Below the pieces are notes generated by a model. That model searched no databases and was not told where the DNA came from. It saw only the letters and a program-made list of their open reading frames with translations. From Isorropodon fossajaponicum endosymbiont JTNG4 (GTDB taxonomy: Bacteria; Pseudomonadota; Gammaproteobacteria; PS1; Pseudothioglobaceae): DNA of 32,000 nt. Of this stretch, positions 1-8,128 are shown one piece after another. The stretch is taken from NCBI RefSeq assembly GCF_016592615.1, contig NZ_AP013043.1:690001-722000 (forward strand), in the 5' to 3' direction. The position numbers and the translations under genes were made by a program. Positions within the stretch are counted from its first letter, which is position 1; the number at the start of each line of letters is the position of its first letter.

Positions 1-1
1 C

Positions 2-310
2 ATGCTAGAAAGCATTGATTACTACCCCAAAAAAAGCAAGAAAAAGCTTAAATTAAAATGGTGGATACCACTTCTTTTGGCTTTTATTGCAGGTATTTTT
101 TGGTATTTAAATCAAAAAGACAATACTAAAAAAGTAAAAGAAGCCCCTATTTTGATTGTCATTAGCAAGGGTGAAAAAGAACAAAAAGAGATTGTGAGTA
201 CCGTTATAATTGATAATCATCCACTGCTTGATTCTGATTCTAATAAAAACATTATTAACCCAAAAGCACTAGATGAAGCAATCCATAACTACACCAATAA
301 GCATCAATGA
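2..310 (+). CDS. C-terminal part of a small membrane-anchored protein; the 5' end lies outside the window. It occupies the rodZ position upstream of ispG.
   Basis: The frame is open from the window edge. It has one hydrophobic helix ([17 protein letters not shown]). Its TGA stop overlaps the ispG ATG (ATGA). No domain is recognisable, and the rodZ idea rests on gene position only. Confidence 0.35.
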   Translation: MLESIDYYPKKSKKKLKLKWWIPLLLAFIAGIFWYLNQKDNTKKVKEAPILIVISKGEKEQKEIVSTVIIDNHPLLDSDSNKNIINPKALDEAIHNYTNKHQ

Positions 311-1395
311 AGCCAATACATACAATTCAAAGAAGAAAATCTAGGCAAATATTTGTTGGTGATGTTGCAATCGGTGGTGATGCACCCATTTCAGTACAAA
401 GTATGACCAATACTGAAACGACTAATGTCAAGGCAACAGTTGCACAAATACAAGCCATTCAAAATGCAGGCGCTGATTTAGTACGTGTTTCTGTGCCGAC
501 AATGGATGCAGCAGAAGCTTTTAAAGCCATAAAGAAACAAGTCAATATTCCACTGATTACCGATATTCATTTTGATTACAAAATTGCACTAAAGGTGGCA
601 GAATATGGCGCCGATTGTCTGCGTATCAACCCAGGCAATATTGGGCGAGAAGACAGAATAAGAGAAGTAGTGGCGTCAGCTATAGATCATAATATTCCAA
701 TTCGTATTGGTGTGAATGCAGGTTCTTTGGAAAAGGATTTACAAAAAAAATACACCGAATCAACACCTGAAGCAATGGTTGAATCTGCCTTTAGGCATAT
801 TGATATTTTAGATAAATTAAATTTTGATAATTTTAAGATTTCACTTAAGGCCAGTGAGATTTTTATGACTGTATTTGCTTATCAACAACTAGCCTCTCAA
901 ATTGATAATCCTCTACATTTAGGCATTACTGAGGCAGGCTCGCTGCGTTCTGGCACAGTTAAGTCTTCGATTGGTTTGGGTTTGTTATTATCAGAAGGTA
1001 TTGGCGATACAATTAGAGTTTCTTTAGCCTCTGATCCAGTTGATGAAGTGCGTGTTGGTTTTGATATTTTAAAATCTTTAAATTTACGCCAAAAAGGCGT
1101 TAATTTAATTGCTTGTCCGTCGTGTTCTAGGCAGAAGTTTGATGTGATTAAAGTAGTTAATGAGTTGGAATCTCGCCTTGAAGATATTACCGAACCAATT
1201 GATGTAGCGGTGATTGGTTGTGTGGTTAATGGACCTGGTGAAGCAAAAGCAGTGTCAGTTGGCCTAACAGGTGGTGAACCTAATCTTTTGTATCTTGATG
1301 GTAAAACCCATTCTAAAATAACCAATGAAAACTTAGTAGATGAGCTTGAAGCTCAAGTGCGAAATCAATTAAAAAATAAAACTCAAATAGCCTAA
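307..1395 (+). CDS. ispG: 4-hydroxy-3-methylbut-2-en-1-yl diphosphate synthase (GcpE/IspG, MEP pathway)
   Basis: The 362-aa ORF carries typical IspG blocks: IxVGxVxIGGxAPIxVQSMTNT, LRINPGNIG, and the C-terminal Fe-S cysteines in IACPSCSR...GCVVNGPGE. Confidence 0.95.
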   Translation: MKPIHTIQRRKSRQIFVGDVAIGGDAPISVQSMTNTETTNVKATVAQIQAIQNAGADLVRVSVPTMDAAEAFKAIKKQVNIPLITDIHFDYKIALKVAEYGADCLRINPGNIGREDRIREVVASAIDHNIPIRIGVNAGSLEKDLQKKYTESTPEAMVESAFRHIDILDKLNFDNFKISLKASEIFMTVFAYQQLASQIDNPLHLGITEAGSLRSGTVKSSIGLGLLLSEGIGDTIRVSLASDPVDEVRVGFDILKSLNLRQKGVNLIACPSCSRQKFDVIKVVNELESRLEDITEPIDVAVIGCVVNGPGEAKAVSVGLTGGEPNLLYLDGKTHSKITNENLVDELEAQVRNQLKNKTQIA

Positions 1396-1396
1396 A

Positions 1397-1417
1397 GAAG
1401 TTACCAATAACTTTTTT
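1397..1417 (+). terminator. Weak candidate intrinsic terminator after ispG
   Basis: The hairpin GAAGTTA-CCAA-TAACTT(T) is followed by a T-run. The stem is short and AT-rich. Confidence 0.3.
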
Positions 1418-1511
1418 GTATACCGTGGCATGCTAATAAGCGCTTCAAAGACCCTGTAAACCAGATTGTGTAAACCCTCATATTTTATAATCCCCGAAAA
1501 GGAGAAAAAAC

Positions 1512-1935
1512 ATGAGTAACACAATACCAAGAAACAAAAAAAAGCAACTTAACAACACAGGCATCAACCAGAAAAAGCTCCGTGCTTTTGCTGATGAACT
1601 TGCCAAAGACATCCACACCCAAGATGATTTAGCAGATCTAGCTGCTTCACTGGTTAAAATGACCATTGAAGCAGCATTAGGTGCTGAGATGGAACATCAT
1701 CTTGGTTATCCAAAATATGGGCAAAATAGCAGCGAGCTTAATACAGACAGCAATGCTCGTAATGGCTATTACCCTAAAACCGTCAAAGGCAATCATGGTG
1801 AAGTTGAACTTGCTATCCCAAGAGACCGCAGAGGTAGCTTTGAACCTTTAATTATTGAAAAAGGTCAAACGCCGATTGGGTGCTTTTGATAGTCAGATAT
1901 TAAGCCTATATGCCAAAGGCATAGGTACCCGTGAT
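1512..1935 (+). pseudogene. IS256-family (Mutator-type) transposase, N-terminal fragment, frameshifted and cut by the IS3 insertion
   Basis: The ORF 1512-1889 contains ...IEAALGAEMEHHLGY...NGYYPKTVKGNHGEVELAIPRDRRGSFEPLIIEKGQT, a typical IS256 transposase N-terminus. The next conserved block (FDSQILSLYAKGIGTRD) continues in another frame and stops exactly at the IS3 left end at 1936. Confidence 0.8.
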
Positions 1936-2000
1936 TGCAATAGTCTAATTTTATTGGACACAAAGATAGCCTTATAATACAAACCATAAGGAGGTCAGTA

Positions 2001-2351
2001 ATGACACAATATAAATCAAGAAAACAACGAGTGACTTTTACCGTTGAACATTCTGTTCAATACCCCCTTGAGGGGGGAACACTAGATTATGCCAAACTCA
2101 TGGTGCATGAGAATTACACCAATAAAAAAATCATGATAATATCAGGAGCTTGCTCCTCAGCAGTTAGCAGATGGAGAAAACAATACCTAGCAGAGCTTGG
2201 TGGACAAACACCAGAGTCAGGCAAAGCGCTGACTTCTGAACAACAAACAATACAACTGCTTGAGAAACAACTTTGGCGCGCACAAAGGGACAATGAAATC
2301 TTAAAAAAGGCAACAGCCTTGTTCGCTGTGGACAATCACCAAGTGATATGA
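2001..2351 (+). CDS. IS3-family transposase OrfA (HTH), intact in this copy
   Basis: The 116-aa ORF has the helix-turn-helix/leucine-zipper-like sequence ...SGACSSAVSRWRKQY...QLLEKQLWRAQRDNEILKKA. A GGAGG Shine-Dalgarno lies upstream of the ATG. Confidence 0.85.
   Translation: MTQYKSRKQRVTFTVEHSVQYPLEGGTLDYAKLMVHENYTNKKIMIISGACSSAVSRWRKQYLAELGGQTPESGKALTSEQQTIQLLEKQLWRAQRDNEILKKATALFAVDNHQVI
2303..2309 (+). promoter_or_regulatory. Candidate -1 programmed ribosomal frameshift heptamer A_AAA_AAG (orfA to orfB frame)
   Basis: The orfA codons are tt(A AAA AAG). The -1 frame stays open from here through ...NKACQQYNTKEL and into the orfB frame. Confidence 0.6.
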
Positions 2352-2476
2352 TTATCAAGATAAACAAGGCTTGCCAACAATACAATACTAAAGAATTATG
2401 AGCATTACTCAAACTTCCTCGCAGTAGTTATTACTATCAAGTCAAAGATAAGCGAGTAAACAACAACACCAATGCT

Positions 2477-3205
2477 ATGATTAAATTAATCAAACAAACT
2501 GCTATTGAAGTTGGATACACCTATGGCAAACGCAGAATGCGGGTAGTTTTGAATAACCAAGGTTATAACATTGGTATTTACCAAACCGCAACGCTAATGA
2601 AAAAAGCCAATGTAGTTGCCATACGCCCAAGAAAGCGTCATTATTACCCTAATACTAGATTGATGTTTAAAAAGGCAAAAAACCTATTAAATCGTGTGTT
2701 TGAGCAGCAATCAATTAATACGCATTGGGTTGGTGATATTACCTATATCAAAACCTATCAAGGTGGGAGTTATTTAGCCAGTGTGTTGGATTTAGGCTCA
2801 AGACAAGTTGTTGGTTGGGCATTGTCAAAACAGCCTAATGCTCAGTTGGCAAAGGATGCGCTTAGTAATGCTGTGTCTAGACACCAGCCCAATACAAATA
2901 AACACATGTTCCACTCTGATCAAGGGACTCAATACTCTTCTAAAGTTTTTATTGATTATTGCAACAAGAACAACATTACTCAAAGCATGAGCAGGCGAGG
3001 TAATTGTTGGGATAATGCGGTCATGGAGCGTTTCTTTAGAAGTCTGAAGACTGAGAGATTAAATTATCAAAGTTTTGCAAATCATAGTGAAGTCGTGCAA
3101 AATGTAGAGGGTTATATCTACTTGTATAATTACAAAAGGATTCATTCAGCGATTGGGTATTTAACACCTGCTCAAAAGATGGCTGAATTGAAAAAAGCGG
3201 CTTGA
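2477..3205 (+). CDS. IS3-family transposase OrfB (DDE/rve integrase core). The OrfAB fusion frame is interrupted by an upstream in-frame TGA.
   Basis: The 242 aa run from an internal ATG and include HWVGDITYI...HSDQGTQYSS...GNCWDNAVMERFFRSLKTE. The same frame is open upstream (ALLKLPRSSYYYQ...) back to a TGA at 2399-2401. Confidence 0.85.
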   Translation: MIKLIKQTAIEVGYTYGKRRMRVVLNNQGYNIGIYQTATLMKKANVVAIRPRKRHYYPNTRLMFKKAKNLLNRVFEQQSINTHWVGDITYIKTYQGGSYLASVLDLGSRQVVGWALSKQPNAQLAKDALSNAVSRHQPNTNKHMFHSDQGTQYSSKVFIDYCNKNNITQSMSRRGNCWDNAVMERFFRSLKTERLNYQSFANHSEVVQNVEGYIYLYNYKRIHSAIGYLTPAQKMAELKKAA

Positions 3206-3234
3206 AATGTGTCCAAGTAGGTTAGAGCATTGCA

Positions 3235-3394
3235 CACTCACCGAAACCCTACATTTCCCTAAATCATGCCTTCATTGTGAAGATCCGCCACTGAATCAAA
3301 CGTTCTAATGATTGAATAACTCGTCTTGCTGGCATGGACAAGTCCACATCAATATTCAAGCCTTCCCGATTGTAATCATCGACAAAAATCTAAT
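3235..3394 (-). pseudogene. Fragment of a second IS3-family transposase OrfB (same type as the remnant at 17095-17760)
   Basis: The minus-strand translation is (I)R..FVDDYNREGLNIDVDLSMPARRVIQSLERLIQWR. It overlaps and continues the OrfB sequence that breaks off at ...HIRTFNVVDY (17760). Confidence 0.65.
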
Positions 3395-4129
3395 ACCCAG
3401 CGCTGTTGTTACTGCTAAATAAATAAGCCCTGACATGCCAGCCAAATAAGGCAACAAACTAACCAACAACAACAACACTGTGTATAACAAAATCTGTGTT
3501 CTGGTATAGGCCAGTCCGTGTGTGACTGGCAACATTGGCACGTCGACTTTTTTATACTCCTCAACCCGATGAATGGCCAATGCCCAAAAGTGTGGTGGCG
3601 TCCAGATAAAAACAATTAAAAACAACAAACAAGCATACTCAATACCTTGAATGCCAGACACTGCTGTCCAACCTAGCACTGGAGGTGCTGCACCTGCTGC
3701 ACCGCCGATAACAATATTTTGTGGTGTTGCGCGTTTAAGATACAAGGTATAAATGATGGCGTAGCCAATCAGTGAAACGAACGTAAGCACCATAGTAATA
3801 GTATTAACAAACAATTGTAAAACGCCAAGACCAACAAGCCCCAAAAATACACCCCATACTAATGCTTGGTTTCGGCTTACTTTCCCTTGTGGCAAAGGGC
3901 GCTTGTTAGTACGAGACATTTGAGCGTCAATCTGTTCATCAACCACATGATTAAACACTGAAGCTGAAGCGGCTGCCATACTAATGCCAATTGAAGCACT
4001 CAGCACCAACAACCCGTTAGGTAAATACGGCGCAGGTACAGCTAAAAACATGCCCACCACTGCTGTTAGCAATATCAGTGCCACTACTTTAAGTTTACAC
4101 AAAGCTAGTAAGTCACTGATTGAAGGCAT
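3356..4129 (-). CDS. ctaB: Protoheme IX farnesyltransferase (heme O synthase), with its 3' end replaced by IS-derived sequence
   Basis: UbiA-family motifs are present (NHVVDEQIDAQMSRTNKRPLP, YTLYLKR, GGAAGAAPPVLGW, WTPPHFWALA). The likely start is the ATG at 4129, preceded by GGAG; the ORF track extends to a TTG at 4150. The last 12 codons (IRFLSMITIGKA*) read out of the IS remnant, and about 30-45 C-terminal residues are missing relative to E. coli CyoE (from memory). Confidence 0.8.
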   Translation of the reverse strand: MPSISDLLALCKLKVVALILLTAVVGMFLAVPAPYLPNGLLVLSASIGISMAAASASVFNHVVDEQIDAQMSRTNKRPLPQGKVSRNQALVWGVFLGLVGLGVLQLFVNTITMVLTFVSLIGYAIIYTLYLKRATPQNIVIGGAAGAAPPVLGWTAVSGIQGIEYACLLFLIVFIWTPPHFWALAIHRVEEYKKVDVPMLPVTHGLAYTRTQILLYTVLLLLVSLLPYLAGMSGLIYLAVTTALGIRFLSMITIGKA

Positions 4130-4142
4130 TGTCATCTCCTGT

Positions 4143-4673
4143 TTAGCCAATGCGTGAATATTTAAATAAGCGTTTTAAATCTTTAATAACACGCTTAATC
4201 TCTAAATTTTTAGAATTGTAACGCAACATCACATTGCCAAGCGGGTCAATCAAAAATAAACTATTTTCTGGAAACTGATTCAGTTGTCGATTAAGCGCTT
4301 TACTAGCATGTCCAACTAATACATCTGCTTGTTGCGCTTTGGCTTTGTTTGTTATTAACAGCAAATTTTGAATACGGCGCATGTCTTCATTCATCAAAAT
4401 ACGAACAGTCTTCATATCTTGCAATGCCTTTATACAAGTATTACCACATTGCTTAGTTGTGTAGGTCAATGTCCACAAACCTTGCAAGCTACTTTGGGTG
4501 TCAATAAAAGTAATGTCTTGTTTTGTAGTGGTAATGATAGGGTTAACAAACTCACCATAATTAACCGTATGCTGAGTAAAAGAAGCAGGACTTAAGTAAA
4601 AGAAAGCCGTTCCAAAAGCAATTGGCAATACAAAGGATGCCAACAATATCCACAATTCTTTCTTAGAGTCCAT
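4143..4673 (-). CDS. Membrane-anchored thioredoxin-fold protein, SCO1/SenC-like (cytochrome oxidase biogenesis context)
   Basis: There is an N-terminal TM helix. The sequence LQGLWTLTYTTKQCGNTCIKALQDM matches the GxWxLxY...CxxxC pattern, followed later by LFLIDPLGNVMLRY. The gene lies directly upstream of, and overlaps, ctaB. The Cu-ligand His is not obvious. Confidence 0.45.
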   Translation of the reverse strand: MDSKKELWILLASFVLPIAFGTAFFYLSPASFTQHTVNYGEFVNPIITTTKQDITFIDTQSSLQGLWTLTYTTKQCGNTCIKALQDMKTVRILMNEDMRRIQNLLLITNKAKAQQADVLVGHASKALNRQLNQFPENSLFLIDPLGNVMLRYNSKNLEIKRVIKDLKRLFKYSRIG

Positions 4674-4741
4674 AAAAATCTTATGCTTATAAAGCGCCTA
4701 ATAATACACTTAAAAACACCAAGAAATTAAAAAACCAAGTA

Positions 4742-5521
4742 TTATAGTCTGACTTCTATGCCGTTTTCTTGCATGGCTTGTTTGGCTTGTTGTATCGTAT
4801 AGTCACCAAAATGAAAAATACTAGCTGCCAGCACTGCATCAGCACCACCTTGTAACACACCTTCAGACAAATGCTCTAAATTACCCACACCACCAGAGGC
4901 AATCACAGGCACATCCACCGCATCAGAAACTGCCTTAGTGAGTAACAAATCAAAGCCTGTCTTAACGCCATCACAATCCATTGAGGTAAGCAGCACCTCA
5001 CCAGCACCATTATCACCTTGAGTCATGTTAACTGCCCACTCAATAGCGTCAATACCCGTTGGTTTGCGTCCGCCGTGAGTAAAAATTTCCCATTTCAATG
5101 GGCTCTCGGTCACTCTTTTAGCATCAATTGCAATCACAATACATTGCGAGCCAAATTCTTCACTTAACTGGTTAATTAGATTAGGATTAAAAATGGCAGC
5201 AGAATTAACAGCAACTTTATCCGCGCCTGCATTTAACATCGCGCGCACATCAGCCGACTTACGAATGCCGCCACCCACAGTCAGTGGAATAAATACTTGT
5301 TCAGCAATTGCCTCCACCATATGTACCATAGTGTCCCTACCCTCAATTGATGCAGTAATGTCTAAAAAAGTAATCTCATCAGCGCCCTCAAGATCATAAC
5401 GCTTAGCCGCCTCAACTGGGTCGCCTGCATCCTTGATATCAACAAACTTAGTGCCTTTAACCACACGACCATCACGCACATCAAGACAAGGAATGATTCT
5501 TTTTGCTAAACTCATAAGCAT
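4742..5521 (-). CDS. hisF: Imidazole glycerol phosphate synthase, cyclase subunit
   Basis: (ML)[21 protein letters not shown]...LDITAS...GGGIR...ASGGVG matches HisF along its full length. The start is placed at an internal Met; the ORF track begins 7 codons earlier. Confidence 0.93.
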   Translation of the reverse strand: MLMSLAKRIIPCLDVRDGRVVKGTKFVDIKDAGDPVEAAKRYDLEGADEITFLDITASIEGRDTMVHMVEAIAEQVFIPLTVGGGIRKSADVRAMLNAGADKVAVNSAAIFNPNLINQLSEEFGSQCIVIAIDAKRVTESPLKWEIFTHGGRKPTGIDAIEWAVNMTQGDNGAGEVLLTSMDCDGVKTGFDLLLTKAVSDAVDVPVIASGGVGNLEHLSEGVLQGGADAVLAASIFHFGDYTIQQAKQAMQENGIEVRL

Positions 5522-5602
5522 GAATTTTACCGCACACACCAACTCTATATTAACTGTGTTTACTGATTGCTTGCAATGCTATGGGTATAATCCGACTTTG
5601 TT

Positions 5603-6319
5603 ATGGGTACGCTTAAACACATCGCAATTATCATGGACGGCAATGGTCGTTGGGCATCAAAACGCTCTTTACCCCGCATTCTGGGACACCAACAAGGGAT
5701 TAAAGCGGTGTGTGGTGTTGTTAAAGCTTGTGCAATACGCGGTATTAAAACACTGACCTTGTTTGCTTTTAGTAGCGAGAATAAAAACCGTTCGACTGAA
5801 GAAGTCTTTTTGTTATTTAAACTATTTCTTGGTGTGCTTAAACAAGGGGTTAAAAAACTCAATGAGCACAATATCAAACTAAAAATAATTGGGGATATGT
5901 CTTTATTTCCTGCCAAAATCCAACAAACAGCACTTGATGCACAGGCACTACTCGCTAGCAATACTGGTCTAACGCTAGTGATTGCAGCCAATTATGGTGG
6001 TCAATGGGACATTGCTCAAGCAGCAGCCAAGATCGCACAAGCAGCTATTGCTGGCAACATAAAAGCCAATAATATTAATGTGGATAGCTTCTCACAATAT
6101 CTGTCATTAGCCAATGAGCCAACTGTTGATTTGTTAATTCGTACTAGTGGTGAACTTAGGATTAGTAATTTTTTACTGTGGGATATTGCTTATAGTGAGT
6201 TTTATTTCACAGAAACACTGTGGCCAGATTTTAGCGAGTCTGAATTAAACAAAGCCATCACCAACTTTAATAATTGTAATCGGCGTTTTGGCACAAGACT
6301 TAAAGAAAAACCATGCTAA
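5603..6319 (+). CDS. uppS: Di-trans,poly-cis-undecaprenyl diphosphate synthase
   Basis: HIAIIMDGNGRWA, FAFSSENKNRSTEEV and IRTSGELRISNFLLWDIAYSEFYF are canonical UppS motifs. Confidence 0.93.
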   Translation: MGTLKHIAIIMDGNGRWASKRSLPRILGHQQGIKAVCGVVKACAIRGIKTLTLFAFSSENKNRSTEEVFLLFKLFLGVLKQGVKKLNEHNIKLKIIGDMSLFPAKIQQTALDAQALLASNTGLTLVIAANYGGQWDIAQAAAKIAQAAIAGNIKANNINVDSFSQYLSLANEPTVDLLIRTSGELRISNFLLWDIAYSEFYFTETLWPDFSESELNKAITNFNNCNRRFGTRLKEKPC

Positions 6320-7113
6320 GACAAAGAATCATCACCGCGCTCATTTTGGCACCATTATTTATTTGGGCAATATTCGCCATGCCCAGTCATTACTTCGCAC
6401 AATTACTTTTGGTTTTTGTTGCACTTGGTGCATGGGAATTCTCACGTTTAATTAAATTTAAGCACTTAGTTGCTAGACTGTTATTGATGGTTGGTATTGT
6501 TGCCTGCGCACTCATCATTCAGAACAATGCCCAAATTATTGCGTTTGTGCTTTACTTGTCCATTTTATGGTGGATGGTTAATGTATATTGGGTACTAAGT
6601 TATCCCAATAAAACCAATCTGTGGTTTAATCCACTTATTGTTCGTATCATAAGTGGCGTATTGTTATTAGTGCCTATGTGGGTTGCATTAATTACTTTAC
6701 AACAACAATACGGCGCTGATTATTTCTTACTACTCATGCTGATTATTTGGGGTGCTGATTCTGGTGCTTATTTTACTGGCAAGGCAATTGGCAAAAGAAA
6801 ATTAGCACCAAAAGTAAGCCCAGGAAAATCAATCGAGGGTGTGATTGGTGGCATTGGCGCTGCCTTAATAGTGATGGTTGTGTTTTTACAATATCAAAAT
6901 ATAGCGACCAATCAATATTTGAGTTATTTACTATTAGCCATTGTTGTCGCTAGCGTATCAGTATTGGGCGATTTGCTTGAAAGCTTATTTAAACGCACCT
7001 CAAACATTAAAGACAGTGGACAAATTCTGCCTGGACATGGTGGCATTCTAGACCGAATTGATTCTCTCACAGCAGCAGCACCATTCTTTCTACTAGGGCT
7101 TGGCTTAATATGA
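6313..7113 (+). CDS. cdsA: Phosphatidate cytidylyltransferase
   Basis: The protein is polytopic and carries the CdsA signature SxLGDLLESLFKRTSNIKDSGQILPGHGGILDRIDS. It follows the uppS-cdsA-dxr order seen in Pseudomonas-type genomes. Confidence 0.9.
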   Translation: MLRQRIITALILAPLFIWAIFAMPSHYFAQLLLVFVALGAWEFSRLIKFKHLVARLLLMVGIVACALIIQNNAQIIAFVLYLSILWWMVNVYWVLSYPNKTNLWFNPLIVRIISGVLLLVPMWVALITLQQQYGADYFLLLMLIIWGADSGAYFTGKAIGKRKLAPKVSPGKSIEGVIGGIGAALIVMVVFLQYQNIATNQYLSYLLLAIVVASVSVLGDLLESLFKRTSNIKDSGQILPGHGGILDRIDSLTAAAPFFLLGLGLI

Positions 7114-7670
7114 AAAATATAACCCTGCTCGGTGCGACTGGCTCTATCGGTAAAAGCACTTTGTCGGTAGTAGATTTACACCCTGATCAATTTAACATTT
7201 TTGCTCTAAGTGCCAATACCAACTGGCAACAAATGCTTGAGTTGTGTAACAAATACCAGCCCAATTATGCAGTCATGGTAGACGAGCAGTCTGCTGAAAA
7301 ATTATCAAATGCCATCACCACTGACACCCAAGTACTTAGTGGCACTCAAGCGCTAGATAAGGTTGCTGCCCATCAAGACACCGACTTTGTTATGGCTGCT
7401 ATTGTAGGCGCTGCTGGCATGTCCTCAGCCCTTTGTGCCACCAAAGCAGGCAAGCGCATTATGCTTGCAAATAAAGAATCACTGGTATTGGCAGGTGATA
7501 TTTTTATGCAGGCAGTGGCAGAATTTAATGCCGAACTGATTCCTGTTGATTCAGAGCACAGCGCAATTTTCCAGTGCCTACAAAGTGGCAGATCAGGCTT
7601 AAACAAAATCCAGTTAACTGCCAGTGGTGGCCCGTTTTTGTTTGTGCCATTCAAAATAAACAGGTATTAG
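7110..7670 (+). pseudogene. dxr: 1-deoxy-D-xylulose 5-phosphate reductoisomerase, 3'-truncated (N-terminal ~176 codons only)
   Basis: MKNITLLGATGSIGKSTL...LANKESLV...PVDSEHSAIFQCL...LTASGGPF matches Dxr. Homology then ends near 7637, 10 unrelated codons follow, and the ORF stops. Full-length Dxr is about 390-400 aa. Confidence 0.85.
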
Positions 7671-7710
7671 ATGTTATCATCAATGTTTTGTATTGAGTAT
7701 TTCTCATTAT

Positions 7711-7824
7711 ATTTATTTAGTTCCATTCGTTTAAAAGGGTGATGCTATATTTTTAAAAACCATATTTCTAAGCAGAAAACAAAAAAAATATTATTTAACA
7801 CAAAAGGGTAAGCATGAAAAATAA
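7711..7824 (+). pseudogene. Possible C-terminal remnant of a small type II toxin gene
   Basis: The frame reads IYLVPFV*KGDAIFLKTIFLSRKQKKYYLTQKGKHEK* with one in-frame TAA at 7732-7734. Its end overlaps the ATG of the antitoxin-like ORF, as in toxin-first TA operons. The family match is by memory only. Confidence 0.3.
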
Positions 7825-8085
7825 AGAAATTTATTCCACTGAAGAATTAGAAATATTTGCAGCAGTGGAATCAGGTAATTACACAGCTATGCCTACAGAA
7901 GAGTTGGAAAAAAGCTTATGCTAAAGTCGCTAAAAATACGATTGATAAAATGACTAAAAAGAAAGGCTATCATTTGAAATTAATAGAACATGACGTGGAG
8001 AATATTAAGATTTTGGCTTTGCAGAAAGGTCTACCTTATCAAACCCATCATTCACCAAGTAGCAACCAAACAAATTAAAGTTTAG
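7814..8085 (+). pseudogene. RHH/CopG-type antitoxin-like gene with two frameshifts
   Basis: MKNKEIYSTEELEIFAAVESGNYTAMPTEELEK is followed by a shift in an A-run, then AYAKVAKNTIDKMTKKKGYHLKLIEHDVENIKILALQKGLPYQT, another shift, then IIHQVATKQIKV*. This resembles antitoxins of the form ...ESGxxxxV...AKNTxxK..IsIRLxxxDLxxIKxKAxxxGIPYQTLIxS. Confidence 0.55.
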
Positions 8086-8128
8086 AAGGAGTTTTCTAGA
8101 TTTCTTTATTTAATAAGTGTGATAAATA

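Larger units (their letters stand above)
1936..3234 (+). mobile_element. IS3-family insertion sequence, copy A (1299 bp)
   Basis: Boundaries come from alignment with the inverted copy at 10498-11797. The imperfect 26-bp terminal inverted repeats are TGCAATAGTCTAATTTTATTGGACAC and (reverse-complemented right end) TGCAATGCTCTAACCTACTTGGACAC. It has the orfA/orfB organisation with an A_AAA_AAG slippery site. Confidence 0.9.

Noticed and set aside
897-1325. The long antisense or overlapping ORFs inside well-supported genes might be genuine genes. Examples are 897-1325 (-) in ispG, 5560-5991 (-) in uppS, 13997-15235 (+) in ftsK, 25679-26134 (-) and 26255-26520 (+) in prfB, 29694-29969 (+) in ftsI, and 2114-2412 (-) / 11320-11651 (+) in the IS3 copies.
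   Set aside because: All lie fully within genes that have strong family matches on another frame or strand. Their translations are low-complexity or Cys/Ser/Leu-rich with no motifs. They are typical shadow ORFs.
4742-5521. hisF standing alone, without adjacent hisA/hisH, might be a sign of rearrangement.
   Set aside because: Dispersed his genes are common outside enterics. The gene is intact, and neither flank shows IS or truncation scars.
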